A stretch of 64,000 bases of DNA. Source: Flavobacteriales bacterium. Lineage in GTDB: Bacteria > Bacteroidota > Bacteroidia > UBA4408. Below the pieces are notes generated by a model. That model searched no databases. It was not told the DNA's origin and was given only the letters and a program-made list of their open reading frames with translations. Both the position numbers and the translations under genes were made by a program. The DNA is taken from NCBI GenBank assembly GCA_040374085.1, contig JBEIVB010000004.1:79-64078 (forward strand), given 5' to 3'. Below, piece by piece: positions 10,715-19,523 of the stretch; positions within the stretch are counted from its first letter, which is position 1, and each line of letters opens with the position of its first letter.

Positions 10715-10804
10715 GGAGAGGTGTCAGAGTGGTCGAATGAGCAAGCCTGGAAAGTTTGTATACTCGCAAGGGTATCGGGGGTTCGAATCCCCCCCTCTCC
10801 GCCA
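10715..10804 (+). tRNA. tRNA-Ser, anticodon GGA, class II with a long variable arm
   Basis: Acceptor GGAGAGG/CCTCTCC. The anticodon stem CAAGC/GTTTG (one G-U pair) closes a 7-nt loop CTGGAAA. A long variable arm precedes the T-arm GGGGGTTCGAATCCCCC, and the gene ends GCCA. Confidence 0.85.
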
Positions 10805-10810
10805 AACAAG

Positions 10811-10838
10811 AAAAAACCCGGCAAAGCCGGGTTTTTTT
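10811..10838 (+). terminator. Rho-independent terminator following tRNA-Ser
   Basis: AAAAAA-CCCGGC-AAA-GCCGGG-TTTTTTT: a perfect 6-bp stem, a 3-nt loop and a 7-T tract. The upstream A-run makes it potentially bidirectional. Confidence 0.8.
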
Positions 10839-10854
10839 GTGCCCTGCAAGGAGC

Positions 10855-11320
10855 CAAGCTCGCTTGAGCGACTGAAAGGGTACAAAAAAACACCCTGCGA
10901 CTAAAGGAGCAGGGTTGGTTTTTGCATTGTTTGAAGCCACCCCACCCGGGGATCAGCGAGCGAAGCGAGCTCATCCCCAACAACCTATAACTTCTTTAAG
11001 ATTACCGCAGGTAATCATGCTCAAATCCCCCAAGCTCGCTTGAGCGACTGAAAGGGTACAAAAAAACACCCTGCGACTAAAGGAGCAGGGTTGGTTTTTT
11101 CCTTGTTTGAAGCCACCCCACCCAGGGATCAGCGAGCGAAGCGAGCTCATCCCAAAAACCTATAACTTCTTTAAGATTACCGCAGGTAATCTACCCCCAA
11201 ACCCCAAGCTCGCTTGAGCGACTGAAAGTGTACAAAAAAAACCCCTGCGACGCCAGGAGCAGGGTTGGTTTTTGCATTGTTTGAAGCCACCTCCACCCCG
11301 GGATCACCGCAGGTAATCCC
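10855..11320. repeat. Tandem array of about 175-bp units (2 full copies plus a third with an internal deletion). Each unit contains a terminator-like hairpin and short inverted repeats.
   Basis: Units start at 10855, 11031 and 11205 (periods 176 and 174). Copies 1 and 2 are about 95% identical. Every copy carries TACAAAAAAACACCCTGCGACTAAAGGAGCAGGGTTGGTTTTTGC (stem CCCTGC/GCAGGG flanked by A- and T-runs), AAGCTCGCTTGAGCGACT with a partial inverted match AGCGAGCGAAGCGAGCT, and the palindrome GATTACCGCAGGTAATC. Copy 3 lacks the AGCGAGCG...TTTAAGATT segment. Confidence 0.85.
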
Positions 11321-11450
11321 CAACCAACAACATAACTCAAATTCCCGCCTAACCCTATATGTCAAAAAATAACAGGGTTCTGTAACTTTTTCAGCCACCT
11401 GAGCTTCTTACGCGTACGGAAGGAAAAACATCGAACGAAACCATCATCCT

Positions 11451-12323
11451 ATGAAACTCATCGTAAACAACCTTTGCAAGCAATATGGCAACGGCATTCT
11501 TGCCCTCGACCACGTATCCCTGACGGTGGAAACCGGGATGTTTGGGCTTTTGGGTCCGAATGGAGCGGGAAAATCCTCTCTCATGCGCACCTTAGCCACC
11601 CTGCAAGAGGCCGATAGCGGCACGGTGTTCCTGGATACCCTTGATGTGCTGAACGACAAGATGTCGGTTCGGAAACTCTTGGGTTATTTGCCTCAAGAAT
11701 TTGGTGTATATCCGCGTACGTCTGCCGAGGATCTATTGGACTACTTAGCCATCTTAAAAGGGCACACCCAGCCTGCCTCCAGAAGAGAGATGGTGCATTA
11801 CCTGTTGCAGAAGGTAAACCTATACGAAAGCCGGAAGAAACATGTAAGCAGTTTCAGCGGCGGCATGCGTCAGCGGTTTGGCATTGCCCAATGCTTAATT
11901 GGAGAGCCAAAGCTGATTGTAGTGGATGAACCAACAGCAGGGCTCGATCCCGGAGAACGAAACCGTTTTTATAACATATTGAGCGAAATCAGCGAGAACA
12001 TCATCGTTATACTCTCTACGCACATTGTACAAGATGTGCGGGAGCTGTGTACGCATATGGCCATAATGGATAAAGGCAAGGTTCTGTATTCGGGTAAAAC
12101 CGACGATGCCTTGGCCATGGTTAAAGGCAAGGTATGGGAGAGAACTGTAGATAAACGTGAATTGGAATCCTTTAAGCAGCAGCACCAAGTCATATCCAGC
12201 AAACTGGTTTCGGGTGTACCCATGGTGCATGTGTTTTCCGACGAAACTCCCGGTTCCGAATTCAAAAGAGCAGAAGAAACCTTAGAGGATGTTTTCTTTG
12301 CTCGTTTAAATCAACTCATTTAA
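11451..12323 (+). CDS. ABC transporter ATP-binding protein, ABC-2 type
   Basis: Walker A GPNGAGKSS, signature LSGGMRQR and Walker B LIVVDEPTAGLD. Confidence 0.9.
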   Translation: MKLIVNNLCKQYGNGILALDHVSLTVETGMFGLLGPNGAGKSSLMRTLATLQEADSGTVFLDTLDVLNDKMSVRKLLGYLPQEFGVYPRTSAEDLLDYLAILKGHTQPASRREMVHYLLQKVNLYESRKKHVSSFSGGMRQRFGIAQCLIGEPKLIVVDEPTAGLDPGERNRFYNILSEISENIIVILSTHIVQDVRELCTHMAIMDKGKVLYSGKTDDALAMVKGKVWERTVDKRELESFKQQHQVISSKLVSGVPMVHVFSDETPGSEFKRAEETLEDVFFARLNQLI

Positions 12324-12335
12324 TATACATTACTT

Positions 12336-15300
12336 ATGTGGACCTTTATTCGATATGAATGGAAGCATTGGCTCAAGTCGCCCATGACCTGGGTCTTTTT
12401 GCTGATCAATACCTTACTCATAATGGGTGCTGTAGCAAGCGACCAGATTACCATTGGCGGCGGCATAGGAAATGTGCATAAAAACGCGCCCTATACGGTA
12501 GAGAACTTTTACGGCATTATGTCCCTTCTCGGGCTTTTGATGACTACGGCGTATATGCATGCCACAGCCAATCGGGACTTTGCTAACACCATGCATCCGC
12601 TGATATTTTCATCGCCGATTAAAAAGCATCAATACTTTTTTGGGAAATTTTTTGGCTCAGTTTCCATTGCGGTGCTTCCTTTGCTGGGCATATCCTTGGG
12701 TGCTCTTGTGGCGCCTTTGATTTCCAGCCTGCCCTCTGAGCGTTTTGGACCCGTTATGTGGTCTGGACACCTTCATGGACTATTGGTATTTGGAATCCCC
12801 AACACCTTTATTGTTTCTGTTATTTTGTATGGATTGGCTATGCATTTCAGAAGCAGCATAGCCTCGTTCGGCGGAGCAATTTTTCTGTTGGTTTTTTATG
12901 TTGTTTCGATCGGCTTTGCCGCAGATTTGGAGAAGGAGTGGCTGGCCTGCTTGCTGGATCCATTCGGTTTCTATCCGGAAACCATCGCATCGAAATACCT
13001 TTCCGTTCAGGAGAAAAATATGCAGACCGTTCCCATTACCTATTGGTTGTTGGTGAATCGTTTTGTTTGGGTAGCCCTTTCCGGTATGTTGCTGTTTTTC
13101 TTTTACCGCAGGTTTTCCTTTTCGGCATCCAAAGAAAAACAAGCCAAACAAAAAAACGATGCACAGGAAACCCCTATTGCAACTCAATGGCAAGCCCCTG
13201 CTCTCATTTCGCCGTCTCATGGTGTTTCCTTGCGCAGTTGGTTGAAAATGGTTGCGTTCGAGAGTTCCTTTATCATCAAAAATCCCACCTTTCTGATATT
13301 GATGCTCATGGGCACGGTGAATCTCACGGCCTCCTTAACCAGTTTCACCGGCACATACGGCCTCAAAAAATATCCGGTTACATACGATGTAATTGATGTA
13401 ATCCACGGTTCTTTCTACTTGTTCACGATTGGATTCATCACCTTTTATACAGGAGTATTGGTGTGGCGTGAGCGCGACAGCCGAATGAACGAAATCCAGG
13501 ATGCAACTCCCGTTAAGAACATCAGTACACTTTCTTCAAAGTTGGTTTCCATACTGCTTGCGGTGGCCCTGATGAGTGCATGCGCCATGTTGGTGGGGAT
13601 AATTGCACAAGCGTTGCACGGTTATTTCCGATTTGAGTTGGATGTATATGTGATCTCTCTCCTGGTTTTCGATTTGCTCAAATTCGGCTATCTCATAGTG
13701 GTCTCCATGCTCTTTCATTACCTCATCAACAACCGCTACATTGCTTACTTTGCGTTTGTTGCATTTGTGGTGTTGAACGCCTTTTTATGGAGTGCGTTAA
13801 AGACAAACTCCAACATGCTGATGTTCGGAAGCATACCAACCATCACATATTCCGATATGAATGGCTTCGGTCCATTCTTGCCTTCTGCGTTGTGGTTTAA
13901 TGTGTATTGGATGCTTTTCTCAAGCATTCTTTTTTTGGTGATACTGGCATTTTATGTTCGGGGTAAAGAAATGCGCTGGAAGAGCCGGGCTCGTGCAGCC
14001 GGTTTGTTTTTTAAGCGAAATACCCTTACGCTTTTGTTTTGTGTGCTGGCATTTTTGGGCTGTGCTTCCTTTGTATATTACAACACCCATACATTGAATC
14101 AATTTGTGGATTTGGATGAGTCGGAAGAGATACAGGTCGATTATGAGCGCAGCTATAAAAAATATGAGAACCTTATTCAACCTCGGTTTTATCGCTATGC
14201 CTATACGATAGATATATTTCCGGAGACCCGCAGCGTAAAAGCAACCATAAAGGCCGGCATACGCAACATCTCATCTGAGGCAATTCGCGAAATACACTTT
14301 TCCTTGCCGCCCATTCCCGATAGCATACGAATCGACATCAAAGGCGCCACATTGAAAGTAAACGATCTGAGGTTGCGTTACCGCATCTATACGCTTAAGG
14401 AACCCATGAATCCAAACGATTCCATGGAGGTTGCGTTTTACGTATCCAAAACAACACGCGGGTTTGAGAACGAGGTGAGTTTTTTGCAGCTTACACAGAA
14501 TGGAACTTTTTTTAACAATACAGATATTGTACCATTAATTGGGTATGTGGAAGGCTATGAATTACAAGACAAAAATCAGCGGGTAGAGTACAAGCTTCCA
14601 CCACGAAAGCGCATCCCAAAACTGGACGAACAAAACTTGAGGGCTCGGTCCAATACCTACATAAGCAGTTGCTCCGACTGGGTTTCTGTATCCACCACCA
14701 TTTCTACAACGGGCACACAAATGGCCGTGGCGCCGGGCAGCCTGCGTAAAAAATGGAGTGCCGGCAGCCGAAACTATTTTACCTACGCGCTCGATCACCC
14801 TTCACTTGATTTCTATTCCTTTATTTCGGCTGAGTATGAGGTGGAACGAAAGACATGGAAAGGGGTAGACCTCGAAGTGTATTATATTAAAGAGCACCGT
14901 TACAATGTTTCCAATATGATGCGGAGTTTAGAAAGATCCCTCGACTACTATACCCGAAATTTCGGACCCTACTTTCACAAACAATGTCGCATCGTGGAGT
15001 TTCCGCGCTATTCTTCCTTTGCCCAGGCCTTTCCGGGAACCATGCCCTACAGCGAAAGCATTGGTTTTATTGCCGATTTACGCGATGTTAAGGCGAAAGA
15101 CATCGACATGGTTTTTTATGTAGTGGCTCATGAAATGGGTCACCAATATTGGGCGCATCAGCTGTGTGGGGCCAATATGCAGGGCAGCGAATGGATGAGC
15201 GAAGGATTCGCGCAGTACTCTGCGCTTATGGTAATGGAGTCAGAATATGGACGCGACAGGATGCATCGTTTCTTGAAGTATGAGATGGACGGCTACTTAA

Positions 15301-15911
15301 GCAGTCGGGGCAGAGAGCCAGAGGCGGAACAACCCATTTACAAAACCGAGAATCAGCCTTACATTCATTATCAAAAGGCAAGTGTGGCCATGTATTACCT
15401 GAAGGAAATGATCGGCGAAAAAAATGTGAACAAGGCCCTGCACAGTCTGCTGGATTCTTTTGCCTATCGAAATCCACCTTACGCTACCTCCTTGAACGCT
15501 CTGCGCGCTCTCCAGCAGGTAACACCGGACAGTCTCGCGTATGTGCTCCAGGATTGGTTTACAACCATTACCCTCTTCTCCAATCGGGTGTTGACGGCTG
15601 AATCCAAGAAGGGGGCAGATGGTTATGAAGTAACCGTAACCTTTTCTTCGGAAAAACTCCGGTCCGATTCTATGGGCAATGAAGTGCTGCGGCCCTTGAA
15701 CGACTACATCGATGTGGCTTGTTTTGCCCGTCCGGAAGGAGATGCGGAGTATGGAAAGAAGCTGTTCTACGAAAGGCGGAAAGTATCAAAGAAGCAGAAT
15801 ATGATTCGATTCAAAACCAAAGAGAATCCCTATTTGGTGGGCATAGATCCGTATCATTTTCTAGTGGATCGGAATCCGGAGGACAACACCCTGCGCGTGT
15901 CGGAGCAATAG
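12336..15911 (+). CDS. Fusion of an ABC-2 family permease (multi-TM N-terminal half) with an M1-family aminopeptidase-N-like gluzincin domain
   Basis: The first ~560 aa of the 1191-aa protein are highly hydrophobic with multiple TM segments. The C-terminal half has HEMGHQYWAH...WMSEGFAQY (HEXXH plus a downstream Glu, gluzincin-type). It sits 13 nt downstream of the ABC ATPase. Confidence 0.8.
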   Translation: MWTFIRYEWKHWLKSPMTWVFLLINTLLIMGAVASDQITIGGGIGNVHKNAPYTVENFYGIMSLLGLLMTTAYMHATANRDFANTMHPLIFSSPIKKHQYFFGKFFGSVSIAVLPLLGISLGALVAPLISSLPSERFGPVMWSGHLHGLLVFGIPNTFIVSVILYGLAMHFRSSIASFGGAIFLLVFYVVSIGFAADLEKEWLACLLDPFGFYPETIASKYLSVQEKNMQTVPITYWLLVNRFVWVALSGMLLFFFYRRFSFSASKEKQAKQKNDAQETPIATQWQAPALISPSHGVSLRSWLKMVAFESSFIIKNPTFLILMLMGTVNLTASLTSFTGTYGLKKYPVTYDVIDVIHGSFYLFTIGFITFYTGVLVWRERDSRMNEIQDATPVKNISTLSSKLVSILLAVALMSACAMLVGIIAQALHGYFRFELDVYVISLLVFDLLKFGYLIVVSMLFHYLINNRYIAYFAFVAFVVLNAFLWSALKTNSNMLMFGSIPTITYSDMNGFGPFLPSALWFNVYWMLFSSILFLVILAFYVRGKEMRWKSRARAAGLFFKRNTLTLLFCVLAFLGCASFVYYNTHTLNQFVDLDESEEIQVDYERSYKKYENLIQPRFYRYAYTIDIFPETRSVKATIKAGIRNISSEAIREIHFSLPPIPDSIRIDIKGATLKVNDLRLRYRIYTLKEPMNPNDSMEVAFYVSKTTRGFENEVSFLQLTQNGTFFNNTDIVPLIGYVEGYELQDKNQRVEYKLPPRKRIPKLDEQNLRARSNTYISSCSDWVSVSTTISTTGTQMAVAPGSLRKKWSAGSRNYFTYALDHPSLDFYSFISAEYEVERKTWKGVDLEVYYIKEHRYNVSNMMRSLERSLDYYTRNFGPYFHKQCRIVEFPRYSSFAQAFPGTMPYSESIGFIADLRDVKAKDIDMVFYVVAHEMGHQYWAHQLCGANMQGSEWMSEGFAQYSALMVMESEYGRDRMHRFLKYEMDGYLSSRGREPEAEQPIYKTENQPYIHYQKASVAMYYLKEMIGEKNVNKALHSLLDSFAYRNPPYATSLNALRALQQVTPDSLAYVLQDWFTTITLFSNRVLTAESKKGADGYEVTVTFSSEKLRSDSMGNEVLRPLNDYIDVACFARPEGDAEYGKKLFYERRKVSKKQNMIRFKTKENPYLVGIDPYHFLVDRNPEDNTLRVSEQ

Positions 15912-15953
15912 GTAGATAGGTTCGTCAGCGGAAGACTTGGCTTCCGCAAAGAG

Positions 15954-17393
15954 CTATTGGACCATAATCTTTCTGTTTTCCACAACCGTGCTTTGCGGAC
16001 TTATCAACTGCAAAAAATAAAGTCCATTGCCAGTCCAGGTGGACAAATCCAGAGTTGCAGTGGGTTGGTTTATTGGAGTGGAATAAACTACTTGACCTAA
16101 AGAGTTTTCTATGCGCATGGTGTAGCCCGCTAGGAGAGCATAATTCCCATAATCAATGGTTAGATGCGTATTGGCCGGATTTGGAAACGCTTTAATGGTG
16201 TTGATGGTGTTGGGCTGCCCAGCACCGGTTAGCATGGCGTTTATGATCAACGTATCGGTTACGGCGATGTTGGTAATTATAGTATCGGTGCAATAGTTGG
16301 CTGCAAAAACATACTGCAAATAGCGATGAACAACGCTGTCGCATCCCCCGAACAGAGTTGTCAGGCTATCGATTTGTTCAAGGTACGTGCGATGTGAAAT
16401 GGCTTGAAACGAAGGGTCGGATACCATTATCGTTTGGGTCTGATTTACCGTGGTATCGCTGCATGGACTGCATGTATATCGGTAACACAGATTGGTTGTG
16501 GTGCTGGAGTTGATGTGACCTCCAAAAAGATACATTTCGTTGTTTATGGTTTGTGCCTGCATGGCCGACCTGCTAAAAGGCATGTTGGGCATGGTATTCC
16601 AGGCATTGGTGCCAAAGTCAAATACATAAAAACTATTCAATGGCGTCCAAGATGGAGCGGTTTGCGTACCTCCAAAAAAATACAGCTTATTGTCGTAAAT
16701 GGTTGCAGCACCGTTGAACATATTTACGGGTAAAGCGGGTCGCATGGACCACGTATTGGTGCTCGGATTGTACTCTTCAAATAGATTGGTGGTTTGATAG
16801 CTTCCGTTGTATAAATAACCACCAATCAGGTATATTTTATTGTTGAATGCGATTAGGTTGGTATGCATTCGCGGCATAGATGGATTGGCTCGGGCAGTGT
16901 ACGAGTTGGTTTGGGGATTGTATTCATAAAAGAATGTGTTCGTGTTTCCTGAGGTTCCTCCGATAACATATATTTTGTTGTTAAGAGATACAGCAAAGCA
17001 ACCTGAGATGGCCGCTGGCACGTTAGCTTTTGTTGACCAGGTTCCGGTAGCAATGTTGTATGCCTCGTTTTTGTTGCTCCAAGAACCGGTGTACCCGCCT
17101 AAGCAGTAAATTACGCCGTTTACCTCTGCTGCTCCAAAATCGCCCCTCGGAGTTGGCATAGAAGCAATGGTAGCCCAGGCATTGGTGGTGGTGGAGTAGC
17201 GAAACGATTGGGTCATGGCTTGGTTGCCTATGCAGTACACATCGCTGCCATAGGCAACCGTTCTGAATCCACCGGCAGCAGGTGCGTTTGCAAGGGGTGT
17301 AAAAATTCCATTTGGACAAATTGGTTGTGCTTTTACCTGCGCAACGCAACCAATTAGAAATACTAGGGAGATAGAGGTGATTTTTTTTAGCAT
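15954..17393 (-). CDS. Kelch-repeat beta-propeller protein with a T9SS C-terminal sorting domain
   Basis: Signal peptide, then repeated ...IY.IGG... Kelch motifs, ending FPNPANTHLTIDYGN...LYFLQLISPQSTVVENRKIMVQ. Confidence 0.8.
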   Translation of the reverse strand: MLKKITSISLVFLIGCVAQVKAQPICPNGIFTPLANAPAAGGFRTVAYGSDVYCIGNQAMTQSFRYSTTTNAWATIASMPTPRGDFGAAEVNGVIYCLGGYTGSWSNKNEAYNIATGTWSTKANVPAAISGCFAVSLNNKIYVIGGTSGNTNTFFYEYNPQTNSYTARANPSMPRMHTNLIAFNNKIYLIGGYLYNGSYQTTNLFEEYNPSTNTWSMRPALPVNMFNGAATIYDNKLYFFGGTQTAPSWTPLNSFYVFDFGTNAWNTMPNMPFSRSAMQAQTINNEMYLFGGHINSSTTTNLCYRYTCSPCSDTTVNQTQTIMVSDPSFQAISHRTYLEQIDSLTTLFGGCDSVVHRYLQYVFAANYCTDTIITNIAVTDTLIINAMLTGAGQPNTINTIKAFPNPANTHLTIDYGNYALLAGYTMRIENSLGQVVYSTPINQPTATLDLSTWTGNGLYFLQLISPQSTVVENRKIMVQ

Positions 17394-17447
17394 GATTTTT
17401 GAATCACTGTTTGAAATCGTTTTTAATACTTTGTTATTTGATCTTTT

Positions 17448-18047
17448 TCAGAAGAGACCTTTTTTCTTTAAAGGTTCTAATTTGGATTGGAAGAAAACTG
17501 CCTCCTCTCCTGCTCCTAGGCCTTTTAGTTTCATAATACCAAATTCCATTTTTTCTACAATCACGTTTTTGATAGCTTTTTCCGGTTTTGAGCTGGCAAG
17601 GCTTGCGAGATAGCTTAATTGCTCCAATAGCTCCTCTTTTTCACTCGACATTTTCAAGTTCGCCAAATCGTTTATTTTATTCTCTTTACTCAGTTCCTCT
17701 TCATCGGCTTTAGCTGCTTGGGTGGTCAACATGTTTAAGCTATCGTTCATGGTTTTCCCCAAGAAATGACCCAATCCGGGCGCTTTGTTTGGGATGGTGC
17801 TTGAACCTATTTCTGAAGCATTTGCACCTTTTGGCAAGGAATCGCTCTTACCCGGTTGTTTATCAATACTATCGAACGATGGGCCTTTAGCACCATTCTT
17901 TGATTCATTAGCAGAGTTTTCACATGCTTTGGAACAATATTTTTTTCCAAGGTTAGATAAACCCATGGATGCGCCACTTAAAAATTTTGCACCGGCGCTT
18001 TTTTCGAAATGGCGACCACACCATGCACATTTGAATGTATCAGACAT
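17448..18047 (-). CDS. Hypothetical protein with an N-terminal Cys4 zinc-ribbon-like motif
   Basis: MSDTFKCAWCGRHF...KKYCSKAC, followed by a Lys/Glu/Ser-rich and possibly coiled-coil region. It lies in a lower-GC islet. Confidence 0.5.
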   Translation of the reverse strand: MSDTFKCAWCGRHFEKSAGAKFLSGASMGLSNLGKKYCSKACENSANESKNGAKGPSFDSIDKQPGKSDSLPKGANASEIGSSTIPNKAPGLGHFLGKTMNDSLNMLTTQAAKADEEELSKENKINDLANLKMSSEKEELLEQLSYLASLASSKPEKAIKNVIVEKMEFGIMKLKGLGAGEEAVFFQSKLEPLKKKGLF

Positions 18048-18291
18048 TTTAAAGCATTATTTTTTTCCTACTCATAAGGCTTTTCGGATAGCGCCCCGTT
18101 TCTTATGGTGGTTTCTGGTCTCCACTCTTATTTGGCAATTTCTTCAACAGTAGGTTTAAAGCGCTCTATTGTTAGTGTTTTTTACCCCAAAAATGTTTTT
18201 TTATGTGGTGTAACAATTCTTATATGTATTACCCTATCTCTTGAGTACTTGCTGTAAGTCAAAAAAATTAGCGTAAGCACTTATATTCTAA

Positions 18292-18741
18292 TTAGTGAGA
18301 GAAGAAAGTGCTTTTGTTGTTTGTAGATATGTAAACCTTTTGTCCATTTACCATTTTGTAAGCTCCTTTCTGATCACGTAGGACACCCTTCTCACTTTTC
18401 CCTTTCACAACGGTTCCAGCCGCGGCAGCTCCAAGTGCTTGACAGCTTTTGGAATCTTGCCAAATATCCTGAAGTGCCTCCTCTTTCGAAGTGAAGGGTT
18501 TTTCTTTCTCTTCACCCCGGATGTTGTAGTTATACCATATACCATCGCGCTTAACTAGATTACTTTCTATTCCATCAGCAAAGGTGAATTTGATGATCTC
18601 ACTGTTTGGGTGGGTTTTTTTGTCGAGAAAATTCTTCTTGGTCACTTCTTCCTTGATGACTTTTGGGTGACGTTTCTGCGCATATACTATATCATATATC
18701 GATAATACAAGAGCGATGACAAGAGTCAGTTTTGTTTTCAT
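18292..18741 (-). CDS. Hypothetical secreted protein
   Basis: 149 aa with an N-terminal signal peptide (MKTKLTLVIALVLSIYDIVYA), flanked by AT-rich intergenic DNA. Confidence 0.5.
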   Translation of the reverse strand: MKTKLTLVIALVLSIYDIVYAQKRHPKVIKEEVTKKNFLDKKTHPNSEIIKFTFADGIESNLVKRDGIWYNYNIRGEEKEKPFTSKEEALQDIWQDSKSCQALGAAAAGTVVKGKSEKGVLRDQKGAYKMVNGQKVYISTNNKSTFFSH

Positions 18742-18926
18742 GGGTCACTTTTCTAACAATGCAAAAGACTTTTTTAATTTTCTAGCCTCCTACATTCATT
18801 TCGTTCAAATTCAATTTACCTGTTTCGTGAGGCTTTGAGAAAGGGTTCACTTCATTCATTCCATTCAATTCATTCATTTCGTCCTAAAAACTTGGGTAAA
18901 GCAAACGGCATTCTATTTTTGCCCAT

Positions 18927-19523
18927 ATGACGAACGCGCCAAACCATTTTGCCCTCCCGAGCCCCATACGGGCCGAGGTAGAGAAAAAATACGGTCAGCC
19001 TGTCCGTTATCCCAAAGATTGCATAGCCCTATCGGAGGCCATCTTTACCGATTGTCGCCGCCGCATCAGCGAATCTACCTTGAAACGCATGATGGGCTTT
19101 GTAAGGGGCATAAAGGCACCCAGGCGATACACGCTCGACATCATTGCCCATTATTTGGGCTTTTCAGACTACGTGGAACTGGAGGTTGCCCTATGCGTTG
19201 TGGGCGATTCCGAATACCGAATTCCCACACAGATCTTAGCCCATGACTTGTCTGCGGGTACGCTCATTTGCTTTTGCTACGACCCCAATCGGCAATTGAT
19301 TGTAAAGTATTTGGGCGACTTACAATTTGAGGTTTGCGAATCGCACAACTCCAGCCTAAAATCCGGCGATTCTTTTAAGGCTGTTCAATTTGTTGAGAAT
19401 TTCCCGCTATATTTAACCGAGGTTATCCGCGACCAATCCTCGCTGGGGCCTTTTACTGCCGGTAAGTCCGGTGGTATTAAAAACCTTCGGTTTCTTCAGC
19501 ATGCCTGGTCAGACCCATCATGA
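18927..19523 (+). CDS. Hypothetical protein. Its 3' end overlaps the start of the downstream kinase gene by about 50 nt in another frame.
   Basis: 198-aa ORF with non-repetitive, protein-like composition. It could be an independent gene or the N-terminal portion of a frameshifted kinase gene. Confidence 0.45.
   Translation: MTNAPNHFALPSPIRAEVEKKYGQPVRYPKDCIALSEAIFTDCRRRISESTLKRMMGFVRGIKAPRRYTLDIIAHYLGFSDYVELEVALCVVGDSEYRIPTQILAHDLSAGTLICFCYDPNRQLIVKYLGDLQFEVCESHNSSLKSGDSFKAVQFVENFPLYLTEVIRDQSSLGPFTAGKSGGIKNLRFLQHAWSDPS

Noticed and set aside
10855-11320. Possible CRISPR array
   Set aside because: The units are about 175 bp and directly abutting, with no unique spacers. No cas genes are nearby.
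10582-11398. Minus-strand ORFs 10582..10983, 10707..10940 and 11177..11398
   Set aside because: They run antisense through the tRNA-Ser gene and the tandem repeats. Their shared peptide segments ([11 protein letters not shown]...FQSLKRAW) simply reflect repeat copies, and there is no RBS or coding signature.
10715-11450. Integrative element inserted at the tRNA-Ser 3' end
   Set aside because: There is no duplication of the tRNA 3' half in the downstream repeats. No integrase or excisionase is present and no cargo genes follow; the next gene is a conserved ABC transporter.
15927-15948. Hairpin GCGGAAG-ACTTGG-CTTCCGC between convergent genes, considered as an intrinsic terminator
   Set aside because: The stem is good but has no U-tract on either side. 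I left it out of the features as too weak without expression data.
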